Assembly: GCA_002898575.1 (NCBI GenBank)
Contig: BEHT01000014.1
Coordinates: 6,480 to 70,479, forward strand
DNA from: Candidatus Fervidibacter japonicus
Lineage (GTDB): Bacteria > Armatimonadota > Fervidibacteria > Fervidibacterales > Fervidibacteraceae
Reading direction: 5' to 3'
Length of the DNA: 64,000 nucleotides
Of the stretch, positions 46,801 through 55,760 are shown piece after piece. A program made the translations under genes and the position numbers. Below the pieces are notes generated by a model that had not been told where the DNA came from, made no database searches, and worked only from the letters and a program-made list of their open reading frames with translations. Within the stretch, counting starts at the first letter, position 1. Each line of letters opens with the position of its first letter.

Positions 46801-48770
46801 GCGTGGGCGTCCTCTGCTGCCCACTCTGCCAATTCGCGCGACAGCAACCCCGTTTGCTCAAGGTAAGTGGCATCAACCAGAAGGGGCGTCTCCAATTCCA
46901 GCACCTGCTTCAGTTGAGACGCACCGAAAGGTGCGCCTTCCCAACTCCCTGCCCCTTGTCCCTTGACCCGTATCCCTTCCAGCGGTGGGCGTTTGCCCAG
47001 TATCGTTTGCGTGTTGAAGTGCTCCGTCTCGCGTTCACGGTCCATAGATGGGTTGGTGACGACGGCGACGATTTCTTTGTAGTAGTCGGCGAGGTTGTGC
47101 CCTTCAGGCGCCAAAACGGCGAGCGGACCGTCGTAACCAAGCGAGCCGATCGGCTCATTACCTGAAGGGGCGATCGCTTCAATGTAGCGGACTTCTTCAT
47201 CGCCCCAACCAAACGCCCCCATGACGGCGGGTTTGCGTTGGCGGTCTTTCGTCAAACCATCCGGCGCCGGGAGCGAATGAAACGAGGGGCTGGGAGCAAG
47301 GGACGCCGAGGTCAAGTCAACACCGGATTCACTGTCGTCCGTGTTGTTCGCGCCGTTGCTACGCTGCCCGTCACTGTCTCGCCCGTTACCGAATTCACCG
47401 TCAGGGGCAAGGGGCGAACGGGGTGTCGCTTCTCGCTCCCCGACAGCGACTTGAGCGTACACTGTGGCGCTGACGAACGTGCCTTGCTCTACGCGCTCTT
47501 CAACGGCGAAGCGTTCCTGCCACTTGCGATAGATGTGCCATTGCAGGTCGCGGTAGGAGATGACTTCAACGGAGCCGTCATCGTGCAACTTGACGGCAAT
47601 TTTTTCGCCGGGCGCCAAGGGCTTCGGGTCACGCACCAGCGTCTCAAAGGGCAAGACGCCCCGCTCGCTGGTGAAGACCAGTTCCTTCTCCGTTTCGGCA
47701 AACCACAGCGGACGCAAGCCCAGCGCGTCCACACTGAAAACGCACTCATCGGCGTAGCGGGACACGATGGCTGCCGGTCCTTGCGCGAACGGACCGAACG
47801 CCGCACGATAGTAGCGATACATCGTTCGCAACTCTTCAGGCAGCCACTTTAACTCTTCCAGCACAGGCGGAAAAACGATCTCCATCGCTTCGGCAAGGCT
47901 AAAGCCGTAGTCCAAGATGAGGGTGTGCAGCACGCGGTCAAGGTCTTGCGAGTCGGAACCGTCGTGGGGGAGTTGGACGCCGATCATTTGCCCTTCGCGG
48001 CGCAACTTCTCAATCGTGTTGATTTCGCCGTTGTGCCCTAAAAGGGCAAAGGGTTGCGCCCGCTCAAAAGTGGACCAAGTGTTGGTGGAGTAGCGGCAGT
48101 GCCCGATGGTCACCCGACTGACACAATCGGGGTCAGACAGTTCGGGAAAGTAATGGGCGATACCCGACGGGCTGCCATAGACCTTGTAGACAGCGGTGTA
48201 GCGGCTGACGGAAAGCGGGTAAAGAGGCGTCTCCCGCTCAATGCGCAATTGCAAATGAAACAAGCGGCGGTCCATCACTTCGTCGGGGGCAGGTTGCTCA
48301 AAGACGGCAGCGATTTGCCAAAATTCGGGTTCTACCTTGCGGGCATTTCGCCCCAGCGCGTCCTGGCGGGTTTTACCCCGTCGCTCTAAAAGCAAGCGGG
48401 CGCCGATGTCCGCTAAACCCTTTTGCAAATACGCCAGCCAATCGTGGGCGCGGGTTTTTTCGGACTTGGGCACAAAGAGATGGGCGACGAAAAAGCGTTG
48501 GCTTTCCGCCCACGAGTCATTCAACCCTGCCAGATGCAAATAACGCCCCCACAGGCGCCGGGGCAAGTCAATCATGACACCGCAGCCATCTCCTTCGCCA
48601 TCCACCATGCCCGAACGATGCCCCATTTTTTCCAACGCCTGCAAAGTCCGCTTGATATTGCCGTGTGACGGGGCGCCCTTGCGGATATTGCAAATCAGCG
48701 CGCAACTTTCATGCTCCTCGTTGAAGGGTTCGGAGGGGAAGGATACCCCCCAACCCGAAAACCGCTGCAC
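43839..48770 (-). CDS. gltB: Glutamate synthase large subunit
   Basis: N-terminal amidotransferase Cys (EHESCAL), HCRYSTNT, HNGEINT, KIGQGAKPGEGGHLP, Fe-S C..C..C....C cluster and C-terminal GXGXG repeats. Confidence 0.93.
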   Translation of the reverse strand: MQRFSGWGVSFPSEPFNEEHESCALICNIRKGAPSHGNIKRTLQALEKMGHRSGMVDGEGDGCGVMIDLPRRLWGRYLHLAGLNDSWAESQRFFVAHLFVPKSEKTRAHDWLAYLQKGLADIGARLLLERRGKTRQDALGRNARKVEPEFWQIAAVFEQPAPDEVMDRRLFHLQLRIERETPLYPLSVSRYTAVYKVYGSPSGIAHYFPELSDPDCVSRVTIGHCRYSTNTWSTFERAQPFALLGHNGEINTIEKLRREGQMIGVQLPHDGSDSQDLDRVLHTLILDYGFSLAEAMEIVFPPVLEELKWLPEELRTMYRYYRAAFGPFAQGPAAIVSRYADECVFSVDALGLRPLWFAETEKELVFTSERGVLPFETLVRDPKPLAPGEKIAVKLHDDGSVEVISYRDLQWHIYRKWQERFAVEERVEQGTFVSATVYAQVAVGEREATPRSPLAPDGEFGNGRDSDGQRSNGANNTDDSESGVDLTSASLAPSPSFHSLPAPDGLTKDRQRKPAVMGAFGWGDEEVRYIEAIAPSGNEPIGSLGYDGPLAVLAPEGHNLADYYKEIVAVVTNPSMDRERETEHFNTQTILGKRPPLEGIRVKGQGAGSWEGAPFGASQLKQVLELETPLLVDATYLEQTGLLSRELAEWAAEDAHAKTLECVLTAFSEPTRWTRLSLAYATQQTARDALQQLVEAAKEAVRAGAHLLVLDDGDAFQHETLLLDPHLAVAAVDKALREAWDKGQETESDNGESPKSQQNLRRRCSLVLRSGALRNLHDLIFAISLGADAVVPYLLYDVALSSEKPECTVADEWERARRLSNVIVGLSKGLEKVIATMGTHELRGYGKNFASIGVAPEIAALTECKNFYGSEKAAFDLDRWDKEVRRRWQFLYGATDTAHRRSPLRRDFRFYPHVWKAAGRAANGESDYREYEARVIALEREHPIALRHLLDVQFLDDRSQWVAPDRVDIGIGWHDLPFVIASMSFGSQNEIAYRAYAEAAYRLNMLALTGEGGELKDLIGRYPFNRGQQVASGRFGVNAYYCNSSYWLEIKIGQGAKPGEGGHLPGRKVTPKVASVRYAVPGVDLISPNNNHDLYSIEDLAQLISELKTINPKAKVIVKVPVVANIGVIAVGIAKAGADVVNLSGFDGGTGAARIHALKYVGLPAEVGIKEAHRALLQAGIRDQVELWADGGMRTASDALKCILLGANRVGFGTLAMVAIGCTICRGCQLDTCHVGIATQIESREEATRRGLKRFEPRDFDRAVEALVNFFSGMGEELKRLTGMLGADRLQDLVGRSDLLVQTRGHDLIDLTDLVKPIIVETERTAATRKVYRPLGYTTKLITQVILDEIERDGKRIVYEDSRLGASDRAIGAHLSGVIARAQIGLPVPKGSVELRPPKLKELERVELHLNHTIAGNGLGAFNIPQVSLRIEGGAQDGVGKGACGGSIIILKGTNHEGNRLDGSVGKSFAYGAQRGFFVVQGYADSRACIRLSGADVVFGGEITEPIDDAQGLINIAAKAHLKGFAFEYMTAGRAVVLGDPGPWICAGMTGGVVYVKLTPDLGFDETALRRRLAKSAKVSILPVDDNDVRNIRELLSAYADELERSGQWQQALRIRNLMDDADRWFVKIIPISQQADQTVSTE
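46935..46969 (-). repeat. Heptamer tandem insertion inside gltB
   Basis: Minus strand: GGGTCAA-GGGACAA-GGGGCAG-GGAGTTG-GGAAGGC. Confidence 0.6.
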
Positions 48771-48931
48771 CCCTCATCGCCTCCTGTGAAAAGCCGTCTA
48801 AAAGGGCAACAGTCTCGTCGGAAGTTTAGCACATCCAGAAGGGGAATGCCTATCGCCTTCCTCCAATTGGCGCAAAAATAGAGCGAGAAAGTAGTGAGGA
48901 GATGAACGGGTGTTCTTCGCCATGGCGGTGC

Positions 48932-49000
48932 AGGCGCTTTTTAGGTCTGGACATTGGGACGCAAAGTGTTAAGGGACAGGTGATGGAGGAGGAGGCGCTG
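48932..49000 (+). pseudogene. Possible remnant of an FGGY sugar kinase N-terminus
   Basis: FLGLDIGTQSVKGQV matches the FGGY/xylulokinase phosphate-1 motif; nothing recognisable continues beyond it. Confidence 0.35.
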
Positions 49001-49239
49001 ACGGAGATTGCCGTCTATGCGATGGGAAGATGCACAACATGCCCTGTGGACACGCTATGCAACGGCTTCCTCGCCGGTTGGCCGGGACTCACTTTCTATG
49101 CCTGTAACCGCGCTGCAATTGACCATTTCTGACGGTTTGTCGCCGACCGACGGGGTGACAAAATTTATCGGCAAACGCGATGGAGTTCTCTTCGGCACCG
49201 CACACGCCGTGAAAATCTTGCAAAGGAGGAACATCTCTG

Positions 49240-50592
49240 ATGTCGGAGAAGGTGTTTTTGTCGCCACGCGCGTTGCCGCGTCAGTGGTATAACATTGTGG
49301 CTGACCTACCTGAACCTTTGCCGCCTGTCATCCACCCTGCGACAAAGCAACCCGTTTCGCCCGAAGATTTGCTGCCCATTTTCCCCGAGCCGCTCGTTGA
49401 GCAGGAAGTTTCCCATCACCGCTGGGTTGACGTTCCCGAAGAAGTGCTTGACATTTACACCTTGTGGCGACCGACACCCTTGCAGCGCGCAAGGCGGTTG
49501 GAACAATTTCTCGGGACGCCAGCACAAATTTGGTTCAAAAACGAGAGCCTTTCACCGCCGGGCAGTCACAAACCTAACACTGCTGTCGCTCAGGCTTATT
49601 ACAACAAAATCTCTGGTGTCAAGCGATTGACAACGGAAACGGGAGCAGGGCAGTGGGGCAGCGCTCTCGCGTTCGCCACTTGCTTGTTCGGGCTCAAATG
49701 CACCGTTTACATGGTCAAGGTCAGTTACCAACAAAAGCCATATCGGCGCGTCTTGATGGAAACTTGGGGAGCAGAAGTTTTCCCAAGCCCTACCGACCGA
49801 ACCAACGCGGGGAGACAAATTCTCGCCGAAGACCCAAATTCGCCAGGCAGTTTGGGGATTGCAATTAGTGAAGCGGTTGAAGACGCAGCCAACCACGACG
49901 ATACAAAGTATTCGCTCGGCAGCGTCCTCAACCATGTCCTCTTGCACCAGACCATTATCGGGCTGGAAGCGAAGAAGCAGTTTGAGCAAATCGGCATTTA
50001 CCCTGACATTTTAGTTGGTTGCGTCGGTGGCGGGAGCAATTTCGCTGGTTTCACTTTCCCCTTCGTCGCCGACAAACTCGCCGGCAGCAAACCGAACTTG
50101 CGGGTCATCGCTGTTGAACCGAAAGCGGCGCCGAGTCTGACCGAAGGCGTTTACACTTACGACTTCGGTGACACCGCAGGGATGACACCGCTTTTGAAAA
50201 TGCACACCCTCGGTCACACCTTCGTTCCCCCCAAACTTCACGCAGGTGGGTTGCGATATCACGGGATGGCTCCCCTCGTCAGTTTGCTTTACGATGCAGG
50301 CATCATAGAGGCAGTCGCTTACCCGCAATTGACAGTTTTTGAAGCAGCGATGGTTTTCGCACGAACCGAGGGCATCATTCCCGCACCAGAAACAGCCCAC
50401 GCCATCCGAGCAGTCATTGACGAAGCGTTGCGGTGCAAGGAGACAGGAGAGGCGAAAGTGATTGCTTTCAACTTCAGCGGTCACGGCTATTTTGACTTGA
50501 GCGCCTACGATGATTACCTGCAAGGCAAATTAGAAGACGCTGTCTATGACCCAGAACAGGTCAAGAAGGCGCTGGAACGGTTACCCATTTAG
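49240..50592 (+). CDS. trpB: Tryptophan synthase beta chain, TrpB2 type
   Basis: [42 protein letters not shown] and FNFSGHG motifs. These are TrpB2-specific; trpA is not adjacent. Confidence 0.93.
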   Translation: MSEKVFLSPRALPRQWYNIVADLPEPLPPVIHPATKQPVSPEDLLPIFPEPLVEQEVSHHRWVDVPEEVLDIYTLWRPTPLQRARRLEQFLGTPAQIWFKNESLSPPGSHKPNTAVAQAYYNKISGVKRLTTETGAGQWGSALAFATCLFGLKCTVYMVKVSYQQKPYRRVLMETWGAEVFPSPTDRTNAGRQILAEDPNSPGSLGIAISEAVEDAANHDDTKYSLGSVLNHVLLHQTIIGLEAKKQFEQIGIYPDILVGCVGGGSNFAGFTFPFVADKLAGSKPNLRVIAVEPKAAPSLTEGVYTYDFGDTAGMTPLLKMHTLGHTFVPPKLHAGGLRYHGMAPLVSLLYDAGIIEAVAYPQLTVFEAAMVFARTEGIIPAPETAHAIRAVIDEALRCKETGEAKVIAFNFSGHGYFDLSAYDDYLQGKLEDAVYDPEQVKKALERLPI

Positions 50593-50679
50593 TTTGTCAG
50601 CGTTCATGCTCCAGCAAGAATCTCAATTGATGCTGGCGTTGCGGGAGCCTCGCAAGCAGTGACAAGGAGTGTGAGTTGC

Positions 50680-50928
50680 ATGCTATTTGAGGTGTTGCTC
50701 TACGACGCATGGAGTGACCCACCAGCGTATCTGCTCGTTGAAGCGGTGGAAGGAGAAACAGCGGAAGAAGCGTTGAAGGAAAACCTCCCCGAAATCATCA
50801 CCGCTGTGAGGGAAATGCTGGACATGAACGAAGAAGAACTCTCCGATGAGGCTATTCGCGAAATGCTTTACTTAGTCCCAGCGGATGCCCTGATACCAGC
50901 ACGCAAATTGGCTGCTTCAGGACGGTGA
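50680..50928 (+). CDS. Small acidic hypothetical protein
   Basis: 82-aa E/D-rich ORF with an SD-like sequence upstream, ending 6 nt before the next gene. Confidence 0.65.
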   Translation: MLFEVLLYDAWSDPPAYLLVEAVEGETAEEALKENLPEIITAVREMLDMNEEELSDEAIREMLYLVPADALIPARKLAASGR

Positions 50929-50934
50929 CGGTTT

Positions 50935-52023
50935 ATGCGCATTATTGGTGTAGAGGCGTATGTTGTGGAACGGGAAGTTAAACGACCTTATCGTTGGCGG
51001 GCGGGTTTGCCACCTTCACCCCCAAAGCAGGAAATTTGCTGGTTGCGTGTTGTAACGGACGAAGGTGTGGATGGCTGGGCAGTTAGTTCTCACGGCTACA
51101 TCGTCGCCGATTTGGTGCGCCGACGCTTTAAAGACATTGCCATCGGGCAAGACCCGTTGCTCAAAGAGCAAATTTGGCATCAAGTTTGGGAAGTTGACCG
51201 CATTGAGGAGTTCCCAATTTACGCGCTCGGGTTGTTGGATATCGCCTTGTGGGACATCACCGCAAAAGTCGCTAACTTGCCCCTTTACAAGTTGTTGGGC
51301 GGTGCTCGTGACAAAATCCTCGCCTACGCATCCACCGTCACTTGGGAAAGCATAGACGATTATTTGCGTTATGCCGATGAATGTTTAGCTTTAGGCTACA
51401 AAGCCATCAAAATCCACACTTGGGGCGATGTGGATCGGGATGGCAAGTTGGCGAAAACTCTGCGCCGTCATGTCGGCGATGAAATTGCATTGATGTATGA
51501 CGGCTCGGCAGGATTTCGCTACGAAGAAGCACTGAAGTTGGGTCGCATCCTTGAAGACGCCAACTTCCTGTGGTATGAAGAGCCGATGAGGGAATTTAAC
51601 ATTTGGCAGTATCAACGGCTCTGCCGTGATCTGGACATCCCCGTTTTAGTGCCAGAGACATCGGACGGCTGCCACTACAACGCTGCCGATTTCGTCGTGC
51701 ACGGGGCATGTGATTTGCTTAGGACAAGCGCTCATTACAAAGGCGGAATCACGGGGGCAATGCGCATCGCTCACCTCGCCGACGCTTTCGGAATGTATGT
51801 TGAAGTTCACGGAGGCGGGTTACCCAACTTGCACCTTTGTTGTGCCATTCCCAACACCCGCTACTACGAAGTTTTGGTCATCAATGACCCGAAAGCGGAA
51901 CGAAACGAACACGGAGAGTTGGGCATTGACAATGACGGTTATGTCCACATTCCGCAGCGACCGGGCATCGGTTGGCAAATAGATGTGGGCGAGTTGGCGA
52001 AGGAAGCAGTCATGACCGTTTGA
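50935..52023 (+). CDS. Mandelate racemase/muconate lactonizing enzyme (enolase superfamily)
   Basis: GLLDIALWDI.AK...PLYKLLGG, KAIKIH, and metal ligands MYD, WYEEP and PET. Confidence 0.9.
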   Translation: MRIIGVEAYVVEREVKRPYRWRAGLPPSPPKQEICWLRVVTDEGVDGWAVSSHGYIVADLVRRRFKDIAIGQDPLLKEQIWHQVWEVDRIEEFPIYALGLLDIALWDITAKVANLPLYKLLGGARDKILAYASTVTWESIDDYLRYADECLALGYKAIKIHTWGDVDRDGKLAKTLRRHVGDEIALMYDGSAGFRYEEALKLGRILEDANFLWYEEPMREFNIWQYQRLCRDLDIPVLVPETSDGCHYNAADFVVHGACDLLRTSAHYKGGITGAMRIAHLADAFGMYVEVHGGGLPNLHLCCAIPNTRYYEVLVINDPKAERNEHGELGIDNDGYVHIPQRPGIGWQIDVGELAKEAVMTV

Positions 52024-52173
52024 GCAAAAATTCAATTCACTCAACGCATAATGGACATTGAGAAAAAGGCGCCGGTTGGCGCTGAACTTTGGGGCATGAT
52101 TGGTGGCAGTGGAACATTTGAAGAACTGCTGGCGATTATTGGTGAAGTGCGACGAGAAGTGCCGCTAATTTGA
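52024..52173 (+). pseudogene. Possible 3' remnant of a TdeIII-like type II restriction endonuclease
   Basis: GAELWGMIGGSGTFEELLAIIGEV resembles, from memory, the G.E.W...GG.GTYEELL....EV C-terminus of the RE_TdeIII family. Confidence 0.35.
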
Positions 52174-52195
52174 CGGTCTTAAACGCAGCTGCCTT

Positions 52196-53377
52196 TTACC
52201 TGCACAGCATTACGGTGGTCAGGAAACTGGTTCCCGCTCCTGTCCAAGTCACACCGAAAAACTCCGCTAGCGTTGCGGCGACATCGGCGAAAGTCTGCCG
52301 AACGCCCAGCGGTTTACCCTCGCGCAACGGGGGCGTCCAAACGAGCAGCGGCACCTGCTCGCGGCAGTGGTCGGTGCTGGGCGTCGTCGGGTCATTACCG
52401 TGATCGGCGGTGATGAGGAGCAAGTCGTCCTCTCGCAACTGTGGCAGAAAAGTGCCCAGCCAGGCATCAAATTCCGCCAACGCTTGGGCGAACCCGTGCG
52501 GGTCGTTGCGGTGTCCGAACTGTGTGTCAAAGTCCACCAGCGTGCACCATAGAAAGTCAAACGGGTCCGTTTGCACCAGTTCCGCAACCTTCGCCATGCC
52601 GTCGGCGTTGTTGGCGGTGTGGAAAGCCGCTGCGATGCCCCGCCCTGCAAAGATGTCGTCTACTTTGCCGACAGTCACGACGCGCAAGCCCGCTTCGTTC
52701 AGGACATCCAACAGCGTCGGGTAAGGCGGTGGGACAGAAAAATCGCGGCGGCGCGGCGTGCGGACGAAGTTGCCCGGTGTGCCCGTGAAGGGGCGGGCGA
52801 TGACACGGGCGACTTCGTGTTCACCTTGCAAAATTTCGCGGGCGATGCGGCACCACGCGTAAAGTTGCTCAACGGGCACGATGTCCTCGTGGGCAGCGAT
52901 TTGGAACACACTGTCGGCGCTGGTGTAAACGATGGGGTAACCGGTGCGCAAATGCTCTTCACCCAGCTCGGCGATAATTTCGGTGCCCGACGCAGGCTTG
53001 TTGCCCAGCACTTTGCGCCCGATGGCGCGTTCAAAAGCGGCGATGATGTCGGGCGGAAACCCGTTGGGGTAGGTCGGAAAAGGCTTGGTGCGGATGACGC
53101 CGGCGATTTCCCAATGCCCTGTCGTGCTATCTTTGCCTGCGGACACTTCGCGCATCACACCATAGCACGCCATCGGTTTATCTGACGGCGGGACGCCCAC
53201 GATGTCTGCGAGGTTGCCCAAGCCCATGCGTTGCAAAGTCGGCAACTGCAATCCGTTGACGGCTTTAGCCGTGTTGACCAGCGTGTTGCTACCTTCGTCG
53301 CCGTATGCGGCAGCGTCCGGCAACGCCCCGATCCCCACGCCGTCCAGCAACAGCAAAATCGCCCGCTTCTTTGCCAT
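52196..53377 (-). CDS. deoB: Phosphopentomutase
   Basis: LDGVGIG, GKDSTTGHWE, YTSADSVFQIAAHE, RVIARPF, D..FGHRND and TADHGNDPT motifs. Confidence 0.97.
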   Translation of the reverse strand: MAKKRAILLLLDGVGIGALPDAAAYGDEGSNTLVNTAKAVNGLQLPTLQRMGLGNLADIVGVPPSDKPMACYGVMREVSAGKDSTTGHWEIAGVIRTKPFPTYPNGFPPDIIAAFERAIGRKVLGNKPASGTEIIAELGEEHLRTGYPIVYTSADSVFQIAAHEDIVPVEQLYAWCRIAREILQGEHEVARVIARPFTGTPGNFVRTPRRRDFSVPPPYPTLLDVLNEAGLRVVTVGKVDDIFAGRGIAAAFHTANNADGMAKVAELVQTDPFDFLWCTLVDFDTQFGHRNDPHGFAQALAEFDAWLGTFLPQLREDDLLLITADHGNDPTTPSTDHCREQVPLLVWTPPLREGKPLGVRQTFADVAATLAEFFGVTWTGAGTSFLTTVMLCR

Positions 53378-53459
53378 ATTCGGTCACCGTGTCGGCAATT
53401 TCGTCAGGGCGAGCGAGGGGTCACCCGCCAACGAACAATTGCGTCCTTCAGAAAGCTGA

Positions 53460-53484
53460 TCGGGGCGACCAAGGGTCGCCCCGA
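53460..53484. repeat. Strong intergenic hairpin (REP-like or terminator)
   Basis: TCGGGGCGACC-AAG-GGTCGCCCCGA, a perfect 11-bp stem between lacD and deoB. Confidence 0.6.
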
Positions 53485-53554
53485 CACATTTGTTGCCGCA
53501 TTCGCTTCGCGTTGGTTCCGTTGCACCGGCGCGTCAGCGCGCTGCAGGGGAAGG

Positions 53555-54652
53555 TCACCGCACCAACGCTGTCGGTGCGGCATATTCGGCATACCAGTTG
53601 GGCGACTTACCGTGTAGTTCTATTTGCCCGCCGAACTTAGGGTGTTCAAACCACGGACGGGCGGTTTCGGCGTAGGCGTTGGCGCGGACGAAGTTATAAG
53701 CGCCTTCCGTCACCAGCCACGCTTCCATGCGGGCTTCGTCGGGGAACTGCTCTAAAACGCCTTTCCAGATAGCGCGCCCGCACAAAAAGCCGCTGGCGCC
53801 CGCTTCACATGCCAATGCCACTTGCACGAGGAACTCTTCAATGTCCACGCCCGCGCTTAAGATGACCCACGGCGAACCTGCAGCATCGTTAAGTTCGTGG
53901 CAGAACCGCTCCACATCCTTGAGGGTGTAAACCGCTGGGCGCTCCTGTCCATCAAAAGCGCCGTTGGCAAACTCCTTGACGAACTTCAGGTCAGCAGGAA
54001 ACTCCACCTTGAGGATGTCCACCTTGTATTCGGGCTTGCTGAACTCGCGCACGCTCTCAATGACGATGTGCGGGCGCTTTCGGGCGTATTCGGGCGTCTT
54101 CGTCTCACCCGGCGTCAGGTCGTAGCCTGTGAACTCAAGCAGGAAGGGGACATCGTAGCGCTCACATTCCTCACCGACTTGTCGCACGATGTCGCGCTGA
54201 TGGCGACAAGTCGCCTCCGACGCATCGGGACGGTAGTGGACCAGCAATTTGATGGCGTCGGCGCCGGCGCGGACAGCTTTCTCCACCGACCATCCTGCAA
54301 TGAGGGTGGCGCGTCGCTCGCGGTTGCCGTTGACTTCCACGCGCTGCGGGGGCGACTCCTCGTAAGCCAACAGTAACCCGACGCGCGGGGGCAAATGTTG
54401 GATAGAGTAAGGGTAGCCGTAAACGGGATCGGTCAGCACCGCTGTCGCATAAACCGCCAAATGCTTGGTGACCAGTTCTTTGATGCGGGCGACATGGCGG
54501 AACATGTCATCGGCGGACAATTCACCTAACTTCTTGCGGACGGCGTCGCGCATGGAGTCGCGTTGGTCAATCGCCATCATCTTGAACCGCCCGTGTTCGT
54601 CCGTCAGCGAGCGCAACCGCTGCCATTTGCCTGCCGAAAGGGCGGTCGGCAT
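53555..54652 (-). CDS. lacD: Tagatose-1,6-bisphosphate aldolase (LacD family, class I)
   Basis: MMAIDQR, GADAIKLLV, DILKVEFP, PWVILSAGV and ASGFLCGRAIW motifs. Start placed at ATG 54652. Confidence 0.88.
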   Translation of the reverse strand: MPTALSAGKWQRLRSLTDEHGRFKMMAIDQRDSMRDAVRKKLGELSADDMFRHVARIKELVTKHLAVYATAVLTDPVYGYPYSIQHLPPRVGLLLAYEESPPQRVEVNGNRERRATLIAGWSVEKAVRAGADAIKLLVHYRPDASEATCRHQRDIVRQVGEECERYDVPFLLEFTGYDLTPGETKTPEYARKRPHIVIESVREFSKPEYKVDILKVEFPADLKFVKEFANGAFDGQERPAVYTLKDVERFCHELNDAAGSPWVILSAGVDIEEFLVQVALACEAGASGFLCGRAIWKGVLEQFPDEARMEAWLVTEGAYNFVRANAYAETARPWFEHPKFGGQIELHGKSPNWYAEYAAPTALVR

Positions 54653-54701
54653 GGAAAGCCACCTCCATCCTTGCGTTGTCAGGAAGTTTCTGGTCGTCCC
54701 T

Positions 54702-54730
54702 ATCTTAGCGCCAGCGGTCGCTACCGTCAA
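54702..54730 (-). promoter_or_regulatory. Sigma70-type promoter for lacD
   Basis: TTGACG-17 nt-TAAGAT on the minus strand. Confidence 0.55.
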
Positions 54731-54839
54731 TGGAAGTTTCCCTGACATTTGGCAGTAGATGGCGGTGCGGTGTTAACATTTAGAGCCGTCAAATGGCAGG
54801 CAATTTTGCGACTTCTAACGCGCGGGGGGCAACTTTGCG

Positions 54840-55760
54840 ATGCCCAAGGTGGCGGAACGGGCAGCCGTTCTTTCCGTCGTCGTCACGGCGCTGTTAGCGG
54901 TAGCGGAGCTCTCGGTCGGGGTTTACAGCGGTGCGTTGAGCGTTATCGCCAACGGGGTGCAATCGGCGATTGATTTGTTGGCAGCGGTGACGGCGTGGGT
55001 CGCCGTCCGCCAAGCCGCGAAGCCGCCTGACGCCGAGCACCGCTACGGGCACGGCAAGGTGGAAAGTTTGTTGGCAGCGGTGCAGGCTTTGTTGATTTGG
55101 CTCACCTGCGGATTGATCGCTTACGAAGCCATCAAAAAGTGGCAAGGTGGCGGGGCGGTGACGCACCCTCCTGCTGCCATCGCCGTCATGGCGCTTTCTG
55201 CGACGGTGGGTTGGTTGACGGCACGCTACCTGTTTGCTGTGGCGCACCGCACCCAGTCCTTGGCGCTCCAAGCGGACGCGTGGCATCTGCAAGCCGACGC
55301 CGGCGCTGCGTTGAGCGTTCTGGTTGGCTTGACAGTGTTAGCGTTGACCGGGTGGCAGTTTTTGGATGCCTTGTTGGCGCTGGGCGTCGCTGCTGTCATC
55401 GCCAAGTCAGGATTTGAATTGCTGCAGCAGGCAACGCACCACCTGCTGGACACCGCGCTGCCGCCTGACGAGGAAGCTGCCATTCAATCGGTCCTGCGGG
55501 CACACGCGGAGCGTTTCATCAATGCCCATCGGCTGCGCACCCGTCGGGCAGGTAATCGGCGCTATGTGGATTTGCACCTCGTCGTCCCCGATGCGATGAC
55601 TGTCGCAGAAGCCCATCAACTTTGCGACGCAATTGAAGGAGCCATTCGCCGTATTTTGCCCGGCACTGATGTGACCATTCATGTGGAACCGGAAAGTGCG
55701 TTCCTGCGGCAAGGTGAAGAAGACCGCGTCTCACCCATCATTCACAGCGGGGGGCAATGA
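54840..55760 (+). CDS. Cation diffusion facilitator family transporter
   Basis: PPDAEHRYGHGKVESL, ADAWH..AD, LRTRRAG...VDLHL and DVTIHVEP motifs. Confidence 0.93.
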   Translation: MPKVAERAAVLSVVVTALLAVAELSVGVYSGALSVIANGVQSAIDLLAAVTAWVAVRQAAKPPDAEHRYGHGKVESLLAAVQALLIWLTCGLIAYEAIKKWQGGGAVTHPPAAIAVMALSATVGWLTARYLFAVAHRTQSLALQADAWHLQADAGAALSVLVGLTVLALTGWQFLDALLALGVAAVIAKSGFELLQQATHHLLDTALPPDEEAAIQSVLRAHAERFINAHRLRTRRAGNRRYVDLHLVVPDAMTVAEAHQLCDAIEGAIRRILPGTDVTIHVEPESAFLRQGEEDRVSPIIHSGGQ

